In this document: in pieces, positions 26,626 to 35,165 of the stretch | Layout: every line of letters begins with the position of its first letter | Numbering within the stretch: the stretch's first letter is position 1 | IMG/VR virus record: IMGVR_UViG_3300017548_000002 | Coordinates: 1-53,105 of that record | Length of the DNA: 53,105 nucleotides | Reading direction: 5' to 3' (one strand) | Source of the DNA: a virus | Lineage: Duplodnaviria; Caudoviricetes | Notes under the pieces: generated by a model | Told to the model about the DNA's origin: nothing | The model's database searches: none | Seen by the model: only the letters and a program-made list of their open reading frames with translations | Made by a program: the position numbers and the translations under genes

Positions 26626-28262
26626 GCGAGGCCCGCCTGCTCAAGCGCAACGGTAGCCTCCGCCACGTCCTTGCCGACCTGCGCGCCGCCCTGCAACATC
26701 GCCGCGGCTTTCTGCAACCCTGCAACGGTGCGCTGCTGTTCCTCGGCTTCCGCCTTGACTTCCTCGTCCACTTCCCAATCGGACGGAGCGCCGGCCCCGC
26801 GAACCGCGTCATCCACCATCTTCGGCAGGTTCCAACGCTGCGGTATCGTCTGATCGAATTGCGCCGCAGCCGCGATGATTTGCACACTCTCCATGAAAGC
26901 CTGTACGTTCTGCCGGCCTTCCACTGTGTTGAGCGGCGTGTCGAAGGTGAACGTGATCTCCTGCCCGGCCAGTGCGTCCGGCATGTCGCGAAGATCGAAC
27001 GCGCCGTTGCGAAGCGCGATCTGGAAACCGATGTCCAGCAGCGGAAGGTGATACTCGCTCTCGATAGGCCCGAAGAACGGCAATGCCGCCCTGCGAAATT
27101 CCTCCAATCGTGCCTGCGTTTCGTAGGCCGTCATTTCCCGCGTGTTGGGCAACATCAGCTTGTTGAGCAGGAAGGCTTCCGCGATCAGGTTGCGCGTGTC
27201 GGCCTTCATTTCAGCGCCGATGTTCAGGTTGCCGCCCGTATCGACGGTCTGAAACACTTTGCGAATGTCGTCAGCGTCCTCAAGGTCAACGAACGTCATT
27301 CCGCCTGCGTAGAGGTTCACCGCGTCCCGGAAAATGTCTCCCTTGCCGATGACCGGCGGATCGACGGCCTTTTCGCCCTGCTCCAGAATGATGCGGGCCA
27401 AGACCTGCAACGACCGCCCGTCAGGCAGCGAATTGATCGTGGCCGGGCTGAAACCCTGCGGAAAGCCCGACACGGTACGCCAGCGGGGAACCACATAGTT
27501 GAATACCGGAAGCGGCCCCTCGCCCAGGATCAGCTCATGGTCGCAATCGACGTAGATCGAGACGAAAGGCATGTCCCGGTATCGGCGCATGGCCTTGCGG
27601 TCATCGCCGTAAATCTCGTCCACCGGCAGCACGATATGACGGACGCTGAATTCCTTCGTCGGATCCTTCTCTACCGCCTGCCTGATGCCCGAATGCAGAT
27701 TCTTCGCCCATCGGCGCGCCATCGCCCTCGCCGTCATCGGGGCCTTGCGTTGCAGGTGGTCGATCTGCCCGGCTTCGTTCTCCATCCATGCGCAAAGCTT
27801 CGGATGCCATGCACGATAAAGCAGATGATCCCGCGTCGGACTTTCCTCGACCGACAGGACGCCGTTGCCGAACGTCACATAGTCGTGGTCGCTCTCGACC
27901 GTGGCCTTTACGAACAGCGCCCTGCGGTCATAGACCAGCTTGCGATAGGACTTCGTGGCATATTCCAGCCATTCCGCATTCAGCTTGTCCTCATCAATGT
28001 CTTCCTCGCCGGTGCCGACCTTGAACCAGTCGCCCTGACGAAGCATCGCGTTCGGCATGTTGCCCAACGTCTCGCGCGCCTGCACCGGATAGGAATCCAT
28101 CAGGCCCGTCGCGAAATCCGTGCCGAGCGAGAAGGACTGCGTGAAGTCCGATCGCATCGGGTGAAAATGCTCGGCTATCTCCTGAGCCAAGCTGTCCCAC
28201 ATGGATTTCTTGGAAAAGAGCCCGGACCCTATGCGGATCAACTCTCTGGCGCGCGAGTCCAT
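26622..28262 (-). CDS. Portal (T7-like head-to-tail connector)
   Basis: 546 aa, YVVPRW, EKAVDPP, EMTAYE motifs. Confidence 0.88.
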   Translation of the reverse strand: MDSRARELIRIGSGLFSKKSMWDSLAQEIAEHFHPMRSDFTQSFSLGTDFATGLMDSYPVQARETLGNMPNAMLRQGDWFKVGTGEEDIDEDKLNAEWLEYATKSYRKLVYDRRALFVKATVESDHDYVTFGNGVLSVEESPTRDHLLYRAWHPKLCAWMENEAGQIDHLQRKAPMTARAMARRWAKNLHSGIRQAVEKDPTKEFSVRHIVLPVDEIYGDDRKAMRRYRDMPFVSIYVDCDHELILGEGPLPVFNYVVPRWRTVSGFPQGFSPATINSLPDGRSLQVLARIILEQGEKAVDPPVIGKGDIFRDAVNLYAGGMTFVDLEDADDIRKVFQTVDTGGNLNIGAEMKADTRNLIAEAFLLNKLMLPNTREMTAYETQARLEEFRRAALPFFGPIESEYHLPLLDIGFQIALRNGAFDLRDMPDALAGQEITFTFDTPLNTVEGRQNVQAFMESVQIIAAAAQFDQTIPQRWNLPKMVDDAVRGAGAPSDWEVDEEVKAEAEEQQRTVAGLQKAAAMLQGGAQVGKDVAEATVALEQAGLA

Positions 28263-28265
28263 GAA

Positions 28266-28457
28266 CTAGCCGGCATTCCCGAGCAGGGAGGCGCGATACG
28301 GCTGGCCGGTGCTGCCTTCGAGATTGGTGGACGAGCGACCCTGACGGCTGCGCAACTGCTGCTGCGTGCGGCGGCGCGTCTCTCGCGCAACTTCGTCGTT
28401 CTGATCGGGCATGCGAACGGGATCGGCAGGCTTCTGCCGTCCGAATAGACCTGACAT
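28266..28457 (-). CDS. Small virion-associated protein
   Basis: 63 aa ending GRSST...SLLG, typical of the gene before T7-like portals; AGGAG RBS. Confidence 0.65.
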   Translation of the reverse strand: MSGLFGRQKPADPVRMPDQNDEVARETRRRTQQQLRSRQGRSSTNLEGSTGQPYRASLLGNAG

Positions 28458-28468
28458 GATCGTATCTC

Positions 28469-30037
28469 CTATGCGCGGCGGCGCTTCATATGCGCGTAGC
28501 CGACATTGACCTTGGGCCGGCCATGCGGATTGCTGTGAACCCTGATACGGGCCGAAACGCTGCTCTCACCCTCGCTCCACGCCATCACGACCGCATCGCC
28601 CTTGTCAGGCGAGCGGCCAAGGCGCTTCTTCAAATCGGCCTTTTTCTCGATCTGGATGCCTTGCGGCGTCAGCTTCCATGTCGGGGCTGCAAGATCGGCA
28701 ACCAGTTCACGATCCGGAGGAAGGGCTATCGGCTCGCCAAGACCCGGCTCCAGAGCTTCCCGGAACTTCCACCACGCCTCGGCTCGCTTGTTGCGGAACC
28801 TCAGTTTCCCGTCGCGTGTGCGCTTCTTGCTCTCACGCTCGCCATTGAAGCCGTAGACCGTCAGGCCCTGCACGTTGTTCTTGAGGTGCGAATAGACGCC
28901 CGAGCCATACCCGCCGCCCATATCCACCACGACAGGGCAGCCGTCGCGCATCAGTGTCGTAACGCGGGCCGCAAGGTCTATCGGGTCCACCTCACCCTTG
29001 TGCTTCTCCGAAATGATCCTGTCGAACCAATGACCATGCCGGCGCGCATATGTGTTCGCATCACCGCCACCAAACGCAACGTCATGCGCTAGGCACGACA
29101 TGCCTACATCTTCGGGCGGGGTTTCGGTCCATCGAGCTATCGCGGCCTCGATCCATGCGGTCGGGATGACCTGAAATTCGGCATCCTGAACCTCGGCATC
29201 GAACCGCCCGTCGCGGAGCCTGATGCGCAGCTCCTCCGGCATTGCCTCCAAAACGGAAGCGTAGCCCGTCGCCATCAGGTCGGGATTGTCCTCCAGATTG
29301 GCAGGGATGAACGTCCGCGACCGGGGCTTGACCATACGGCCATTGACTTCGACCTCGCCCGGTCCATCACACTCAACATCCTCACCGTTGATCGTCGTGA
29401 ACCAGCGCAGTTCGCCCGGCTTGGCTGGATTCGGATGGTTCTTGTCCAGCCACGGAGCCCAATACTTCACCACCCAATAGCCTTCCGGCGTCGTCGGGGG
29501 GTTGCCAGTCGCAATGACCCTGCAACGCTGTCCCGGATTGGTGGAGCGCGTCCACCCGATCAGGAAGCGGTACATCGCCTCTGAAAAGTGGGTAATCTCA
29601 TCAAAGCCCTTGAGGCTGTGTGCCCGGCCCTGATACTTCTCCACGTCCGTTTCGTGCGGGACAGATCCAAATTCCAGCACGTGCCCGTTCGGCAGTCGCC
29701 AGAGCTTGTCCTGTGCGTTGTACCCGTCACGCGAGCCGACGATGCGGCGAACCTCATCCTCAAGGCCCTTGATCTGCGGGTACTCGCGGCGGAAGATGAT
29801 GGATCGGTCGTGATCGTCTACCGCCGTGCCGCATAGGAGCGCGGATTTTCCACCACCAGCCGAACCGCCGAAGAACAGCTCATCGGCTTCGTTGAACAGC
29901 GCATCCGTTTGAGGGCCGGGGTTCGGGATGAAATACCGACCCTCGGCAGCCTTCGTCGCATCGTCTGTGATCTGCTTCTGGACATGCGCTGGCAGCGCGT
30001 TGAAGCGCGCCAGAATGTCGTCAAGCAGTTCGGCCAT
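28469..30037 (-). CDS. terL: Terminase large subunit
   Basis: GPQ adenine-binding motif, Walker A GGSAGGGKS, Walker B FDE, nuclease motifs HDVA and SPDKGDA. Confidence 0.93.
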   Translation of the reverse strand: MAELLDDILARFNALPAHVQKQITDDATKAAEGRYFIPNPGPQTDALFNEADELFFGGSAGGGKSALLCGTAVDDHDRSIIFRREYPQIKGLEDEVRRIVGSRDGYNAQDKLWRLPNGHVLEFGSVPHETDVEKYQGRAHSLKGFDEITHFSEAMYRFLIGWTRSTNPGQRCRVIATGNPPTTPEGYWVVKYWAPWLDKNHPNPAKPGELRWFTTINGEDVECDGPGEVEVNGRMVKPRSRTFIPANLEDNPDLMATGYASVLEAMPEELRIRLRDGRFDAEVQDAEFQVIPTAWIEAAIARWTETPPEDVGMSCLAHDVAFGGGDANTYARRHGHWFDRIISEKHKGEVDPIDLAARVTTLMRDGCPVVVDMGGGYGSGVYSHLKNNVQGLTVYGFNGERESKKRTRDGKLRFRNKRAEAWWKFREALEPGLGEPIALPPDRELVADLAAPTWKLTPQGIQIEKKADLKKRLGRSPDKGDAVVMAWSEGESSVSARIRVHSNPHGRPKVNVGYAHMKRRRA

Positions 30038-30449
30038 TCGATAACGCGAAGGCTATGCGACGGGCCAGATCGTACCCGCCGGCGTCTTCGGTCTGGATCG
30101 CCCCGCCGTCTTTGCCGGTCAGCTCTACCCGCTGCTTTGGGGCCTGGAGACGAGCCGCCTTGTCAATCGCGTTCACCGCAGCATTGACTCGTTGGGGATC
30201 TAGCTCGGCCTCATCGATCACGCGGGTTGCGAGCGCGGTCATGCGGTCGGCATATGCCTCAAGCCGCTCATCACGCGCATGCGTTAGTTTATCCCGAAAT
30301 GATGCGTTTTCCTGCCGCCATCGATAGACGGTGGTATCTGACGGCATATCCAGATCACCGCAAACCGAAAGCGTGGAGCGCCCACCTGCTACGCGACGGC
30401 AGAACTCATCCGCCATATCGTCGCTGTAGATCGTGGGCCGCCCTGCCAT
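30021..30449 (-). CDS. terS: Terminase small subunit
   Basis: MAGRPTIYS...MPSDTTVYRW HTH; C-terminal VELTGKDGGAI. Confidence 0.88.
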   Translation of the reverse strand: MAGRPTIYSDDMADEFCRRVAGGRSTLSVCGDLDMPSDTTVYRWRQENASFRDKLTHARDERLEAYADRMTALATRVIDEAELDPQRVNAAVNAIDKAARLQAPKQRVELTGKDGGAIQTEDAGGYDLARRIAFALSNGRTA

Positions 30450-30476
30450 GATGGATCGCCTCTCAGTTTGTCGCTG

Positions 30477-30698
30477 TTAGCCCGCAGCCTCGGTCAGAGA
30501 CTGCCATGCAGTGCCGTTCGAGTAGACCAGCGTGTTCAGCGTCAGGTCATACGCGATTGCGCCTTCGTGGTCGGTCGCATCGGGAAGATCGGTGGTAGCG
30601 TAGGACGGCACCTTGAGAACGCCGCCTTCGGTTTGGAGCGAACCGTCATTGCGAAGGCCGAGCCTGCGTCCGTGGATGGAGGTGAGCGCGTTTGCCAT
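30477..30698 (-). CDS. Small head-fibre/decoration-like protein
   Basis: LPDA...GAIAYD...LVYSNGTAW motif; AGGAG RBS. Confidence 0.55.
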   Translation of the reverse strand: MANALTSIHGRRLGLRNDGSLQTEGGVLKVPSYATTDLPDATDHEGAIAYDLTLNTLVYSNGTAWQSLTEAAG

Positions 30699-30744
30699 GT
30701 GTATTCTCCTTGCTTGGTGCTTGATTGCTTATGGATGGGAGCGG

Positions 30745-31071
30745 TTACGTCGTGCCTGTGTTGGTTTCGATGGCCGTAAGGAGGACCGTCTGCGCCTGCA
30801 ACTCTGCAAGGATGCCGCGAAGCAGCGCATTGGTCGTTTGCCCCGCCGCTGCCGGATCAGTCGTCACGGCAGTCTGTGCGGCAGTGCCGGTTACCGCCGT
30901 GAGCTGCGCATTGGTAAGCGGGCCAGTCGCCGTGACAGTGCCGGAGACAGGCTGCGTGGCTGGGAAATTCGTGACCTCAACCTCGGACGATCCGCCGCCG
31001 CCCGCTATATCCTCAAGCAGGGCAACAACCGCACGGATGCTGTCTCGGGATACGCCGTCAGGAATGGGCAT
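30745..31071 (-). CDS. Phage protein with virion-fibre-like motif
   Basis: VTNFPATQPVSGTVTATGPLTNAQL; GGAGG RBS. Confidence 0.6.
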   Translation of the reverse strand: MPIPDGVSRDSIRAVVALLEDIAGGGGSSEVEVTNFPATQPVSGTVTATGPLTNAQLTAVTGTAAQTAVTTDPAAAGQTTNALLRGILAELQAQTVLLTAIETNTGTT

Positions 31072-31237
31072 GATTACCTCCGGTCTTGAGCAATGCCGTG
31101 ACCTGTCATATTAATTTCATTGGGCAAGGAGTGCGGGCAGGCGGATTGATCAACGCAACCCCGGTAACGCTTCTTCCGGCACTGGAGGAGCGTCTTAGCG
31201 GGCTAACCCCAGTGATAACCGGGAGCCCGCCCGTTCC

Positions 31238-31513
31238 TTAAGCTTCCTGCGTGGTATCGTTCGGGTGCACCGGATACCTCACCCGCATATCGTCCAGTGG
31301 ATAGCCCATGCGCTCGTGATCGAGTTTGCACATGGCGTAGCCAACCTCCCAGGCAATATCGGCATTGTCGTAGGTGCCGCGTTCGGTGACGCTGCCGGAT
31401 TTGCCGTCAGGGCCCTCCTCGTAACGCGTGACGACATAGCGCGTGATCGGCTTGATGCGGTATTCCACTCTGCCCCAATCGTTCGGGGCCGCAGCTTGCG
31501 CTTCGGTGTTCAT
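31238..31513 (-). CDS. Hypothetical protein, first ORF of the late operon
   Basis: Start re-called at MNTEAQ with AAGGA RBS. Confidence 0.6.
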   Translation of the reverse strand: MNTEAQAAAPNDWGRVEYRIKPITRYVVTRYEEGPDGKSGSVTERGTYDNADIAWEVGYAMCKLDHERMGYPLDDMRVRYPVHPNDTTQEA

Positions 31514-31524
31514 GCAGTTTCCTT

Positions 31525-31900
31525 TGGCTTGAAAGCGACGTCCGTGAACGCCTATCCGCACCATGCGGATTCCGTTAGCCCGGCATCATTTGCCGGGCTT
31601 GATGATAGTCGGGAGCGGGTTGTGTTGGAATGCGAGGGCAGCCCCTCACCTCCTACGCGTCCGTAGGGCGGCTTCGGCACGCGCCTCGCAACTGTGTCCT
31701 CGTTACCGAGGGGATGGGTGGCTCCACCTATAGATTGAAGCGCGCCCTCATCTATAGGCACCGCGTGCTCGCGAGCGGGCTTAGCGATCCTGTTTCCCTC
31801 GCGGGCGATCCACCAGGGGCCGGAGCCGACGACGTGCCCGCCATCGTGGGAATCAAAATCCCCACCGAAGCGGGCCAACAGGCGCAAAGCGCCGAATTAC
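31525..31900 (-). ncRNA. Candidate large structured non-coding RNA or late leader
   Basis: At least 8 hairpins, two long-range closing helices, GNRA loops on the minus strand, an upstream promoter, and no credible ORF. Confidence 0.55.
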
Positions 31901-31907
31901 AATTTCC

Positions 31908-31936
31908 TGCGTAGCTGATTTGCCGCGTGCCGTCAA
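31908..31936 (-). promoter_or_regulatory. Putative late promoter
   Basis: Minus strand TTGACG-N17-TACGCA. Confidence 0.5.
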
Positions 31937-31998
31937 CGATTTCGCGATCCGTCCACAGGAGATGCAAGCACTGAATATCACTATTACAAAAAAGCCTG

Positions 31999-32026
31999 TT
32001 GACAATGTTTTCTGAAATGCTAGGCT
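31999..32026 (+). promoter_or_regulatory. Moron promoter
   Basis: TTGACA-N16-TAGGCT with an upstream A-tract. Confidence 0.65.
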
Positions 32027-32072
32027 ATGTGCATCGAACAGCCCTATGGGCCGCCGGAAACGGAGAGAACCG

Positions 32073-32447
32073 ATGCAATATTCTAGCCTGGAATCCGTTC
32101 ATGTCTCCGAGTGGAGAAACGTCAAACGCAAGGCCGTTGTGAAGAAGGTCGCGGCCTTTCTAGCCGAATGTGGACAGGAACCCATTATCACGATCAGCAA
32201 CGCATTCGGCTCGGTCTACTTCGATCTGGATGATGGAGAACAGGTGATCACAATTCGCGTATCCGACCACGAAAGGACATCGAGCAGCCATGCGCAGCCC
32301 GATGTCAACATCTTCGGATCGTTCGGAGACGAGCAACGCAAGCACATTCGTTGCCTCTTGAGCGGCGATGATTATCAGGCACCTTTGACCGCACACCAGC
32401 GCATGTGCAGGCTCGAAATTGAAATGCAGAGGGAGAGATGCATATGA
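32073..32447 (+). CDS. Hypothetical moron protein
   Basis: GGAG RBS before MQYSS; SVYF...TIRVSDH motif. Confidence 0.65.
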   Translation: MQYSSLESVHVSEWRNVKRKAVVKKVAAFLAECGQEPIITISNAFGSVYFDLDDGEQVITIRVSDHERTSSSHAQPDVNIFGSFGDEQRKHIRCLLSGDDYQAPLTAHQRMCRLEIEMQRERCI

Positions 32448-32956
32448 ACAGGCCCAAGACTTATTCGGCCGCCAACGGCAAGGGCGGCGGCAGGCAAAAG
32501 ATGTGGGATGCGCTGCGCAAGGCAAAGGCACCTCTATCGGCAGCCGATCTCGTGGAAGTGTCTGGCTCCGCTGAAAGCTCTGTCCGCAGTTACCTCCATG
32601 AGCTGCGCCGGCACGGCTATCTCTCTCAGGAGCACGAGGGGTCCTATGTCCTGATCAAGAATACCGGGAAAAGAGCACCATCCGTCAACATGGCCGAGCG
32701 GACGCTCTATGACTGGAACCTCAACCCGCCCATGACCGGAAAGCAGCTTAAGGCCCTATGGGAAAAATCCGGCCTGTCCATTGCCCAGTGGGCACGCAAT
32801 GCCGGAATGATCAGCGAAACAGGCGCGCTCGGCCATGCGGCCCGTAAGGGCGGCGACACTCACCGCATTATCGAGATGTTCGATGGGAAGCGCCCCGTCA
32901 GCCCCGCCATCGAGGCTAAGGCCAAAGCGTTTGACGAGACGAATGCTACGAAATAG
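32444..32956 (+). CDS. Two-HTH DNA-binding protein
   Basis: N-terminal winged HTH (MWDALRK...SVRSYLHELRRHGYL) and C-terminal XRE-like MTGKQLKALWEKSGLSIAQWA. Confidence 0.65.
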   Translation: MNRPKTYSAANGKGGGRQKMWDALRKAKAPLSAADLVEVSGSAESSVRSYLHELRRHGYLSQEHEGSYVLIKNTGKRAPSVNMAERTLYDWNLNPPMTGKQLKALWEKSGLSIAQWARNAGMISETGALGHAARKGGDTHRIIEMFDGKRPVSPAIEAKAKAFDETNATK

Positions 32957-33060
32957 CCGCATAATTGCCGTTGCTTTTTGGGCGCTGCGTGGCTAGTGAT
33001 TTGCTCTGCGTTGCAGTTCAGAAAATGCGGTCCGGCTGTTAACAAGCCTCGACGGCACCA

Positions 33061-33094
33061 AATAAGGCCCTCGCTACGGCGGGGGCTTTTTCAT
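33061..33094. terminator. Bidirectional terminator between convergent genes
   Basis: AAGGCCCTCGC-TACG-GCGGGGGCTTTT. Confidence 0.75.
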
Positions 33095-33712
33095 TCACGC
33101 AGCGTCCTGCAACCGGAACAGGATCGCCAGCCGATTCAACGCTAGACGTAGATCTGCGCGGAGATTATCGGCGGGCTGGTTCTCAATCACAATCGTTTCG
33201 ATAGCCATCATGCCGAACGGGCCGGATTCCAGTACGGCGCGACGGGCATCCTTGAATGCACGCTCAATAGCCCGATTGCGCTTGGCGCGGCGATCCTCGA
33301 ATGGATCGGACCCGTCGAAACCGCCCTGCCCCGTGAAATCCGATGCCGAGCGCGGATTGCGTGCGTCAATGCAGGCCATCCAGTCCATGTAGAGCTGGTG
33401 ATACCGCATCGCCGTGTCGTAGTGCAGCTGCGTAAACTGGTTCGGGTGATTGGCCTCCGGGTAGAGCTTCTTCATCCGCTGCCACTCTGCCAGCCAGCGG
33501 GCTATGACGGAGCCATGCTCAGGCTTTCGGGCCTCGTCTATGCTCAACTCCGGGTTTTGCTGCCTGCGCTTCCACGTCGCCGCTTCCGCCGCTATCTTCG
33601 TCTCAAAGTCAGTGGCGCGGGATATCTGCCCGCTAGGCGTCCGCTCTACACCTTCCTTGCGCGGCCTGCCCCGCTTGGCCCTGATCTTCGCCGCTCGTGT
33701 TCTCGCCTTCAT
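33095..33712 (-). CDS. Phage protein in the late-regulator (Q) position
   Basis: Last gene of the early-middle operon; GRPRK N-terminus; ends LRLALNRLA; GAGG RBS. Confidence 0.6.
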   Translation of the reverse strand: MKARTRAAKIRAKRGRPRKEGVERTPSGQISRATDFETKIAAEAATWKRRQQNPELSIDEARKPEHGSVIARWLAEWQRMKKLYPEANHPNQFTQLHYDTAMRYHQLYMDWMACIDARNPRSASDFTGQGGFDGSDPFEDRRAKRNRAIERAFKDARRAVLESGPFGMMAIETIVIENQPADNLRADLRLALNRLAILFRLQDAA

Positions 33713-33741
33713 GTGCCGCCGCCTCGTGGATCGTGTGGTTG

Positions 33742-34245
33742 TCAGGCTGCCATTTCGGCAGCGACCTTCCGAACCGAATGAATCACGGTCGTATGGTCCT
33801 TGCGGAAAATCCGCGCGATCTGGGTGAATGACAGGTCGGGACGCTCGGAGCGAAGGCGGTACATCGCGTGCTGGCGGGCGCGGACAACATGAAATTCGCG
33901 TGAATCGCCTATGACATCCGCAAAGCGGACTCCGAACGAGACACAAACCTCGCGAACGATTTCGACGGCTGGCTTCCGTGAAGGCGCCGATGCATCATTG
34001 GCGGCGCTGTCCTGCGCTGCGATATGATCCGAAGCATCGCTTTCATGTCGCTGCCGTTCCATAGCGGCCCGATCTTGGGCGGCAAGTTCAGCCTGGATGC
34101 GGCGCTGCTCTTTGGCAGCTGCTTCCTCGCGCTCCCGGCGCAATGCTTCCTGTCTAGCTTCCCTGCGGCGGCGGGCCTGCGCACGGCGGTAGAAATCGGG
34201 GTTGTAGCCGTAATAGCCACGCTCGATATGGCGATCCTCGGTCAT
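33742..34245 (-). CDS. Protein with DnaA C-terminal-like HTH
   Basis: VVRARQHAMY...LSFTQIARIFRKDHTTVIHSVRK. Confidence 0.82.
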   Translation of the reverse strand: MTEDRHIERGYYGYNPDFYRRAQARRRREARQEALRREREEAAAKEQRRIQAELAAQDRAAMERQRHESDASDHIAAQDSAANDASAPSRKPAVEIVREVCVSFGVRFADVIGDSREFHVVRARQHAMYRLRSERPDLSFTQIARIFRKDHTTVIHSVRKVAAEMAA

Positions 34246-35165
34246 GCGGCCTCCATGCGAACTGCTATCGCATCGTTCCAGTCGCCCTTATCGGGCGGAA
34301 ATTGCACGGAGACAGGAGTGCCACGCGCACTCAGACGGTGCGCCAAGGCATAGGCTGCTGCCTGCCCGGCATAGTTCCCGTCATTGTCTCCGAATATGAA
34401 GATTTCCGTGGCTTCCGGGGGTGGCTCCCACGCCATCAGCATGCCCGAACTTACAGCCGCCCATACCGGCATTTTCCAGATGATCGATGCGGACAGCGCG
34501 GTTTCTATGCCCTCCGCAATGCCCATCATCGGGGCGACAGGGCCAAGTCGAATTGCCGATCCCTTTCCAAGGGAGCCGGGCATCACAAGCTTTGGCTTTT
34601 CCACGGATGCCTTGGCACCGCTACCGCTCAGATAGGTGCGGTGCACGTTGACCGGCTTGCCGTCCGGCTCGACCACCTTGGCAATCATCGCCGGGTAATA
34701 TTGCCCGTCAGGACCGGGATATTTCAGACGATCCACGAACCTGAGAGATGCGGGATATGCATCCAAATCGATACCCCTGCATTCGAGGTAGTAGGCTACG
34801 GCATCACCCCGCTCTATCGGCCTTCCGCTGGACCATATGCGGTTCATGTCATCGCGCAGTTTGGTCACGTCCCGCGCCCGTCTGGATGCGGAAACCTCAG
34901 CCTTCCCGACAACGCCCTCGACCTCGGTGGCGACGGTCTTGTAGTCCCAACCCTTGATCTTCATGAGCAGGGAGAACCCATCTCCGGAACCGCAAACAGA
35001 GCATATCCACGTCCCGGCCCCGTTCTTGTCGTCAAACCGGAACCTGTCTTTCCCCTGCCCGCACATGGGACATGGACCGTGCTTCCCGTTGAGGAAACGC
35101 CGGTCCACGCCGAACATGGTGAGCAAACTAGGCCAACGGCCTTGGCACATATCCCGAAGGCTCAT
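34242..35165 (-). CDS. Primase (zinc-binding plus Toprim)
   Basis: HGPCPMCG..DRFRFDD...WICSVC; IAEGIETA, GDND, DWND. Confidence 0.88.
   Translation of the reverse strand: MSLRDMCQGRWPSLLTMFGVDRRFLNGKHGPCPMCGQGKDRFRFDDKNGAGTWICSVCGSGDGFSLLMKIKGWDYKTVATEVEGVVGKAEVSASRRARDVTKLRDDMNRIWSSGRPIERGDAVAYYLECRGIDLDAYPASLRFVDRLKYPGPDGQYYPAMIAKVVEPDGKPVNVHRTYLSGSGAKASVEKPKLVMPGSLGKGSAIRLGPVAPMMGIAEGIETALSASIIWKMPVWAAVSSGMLMAWEPPPEATEIFIFGDNDGNYAGQAAAYALAHRLSARGTPVSVQFPPDKGDWNDAIAVRMEAA

Noticed and set aside
24168-28448. Long plus-strand ORFs (e.g. 24168-25916, 26859-28448; also 14993-16471, 17071-18321)
   Set aside because: Antisense shadows of GC-rich minus-strand structural genes; no motifs or RBS
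31785-31820. Hammerhead ribozyme (minus strand CTGGTGGA..CCC-GCGA-GGG-AAAC)
   Set aside because: The core deviates from CUGAnGA at conserved positions and stems I/III could not be assigned
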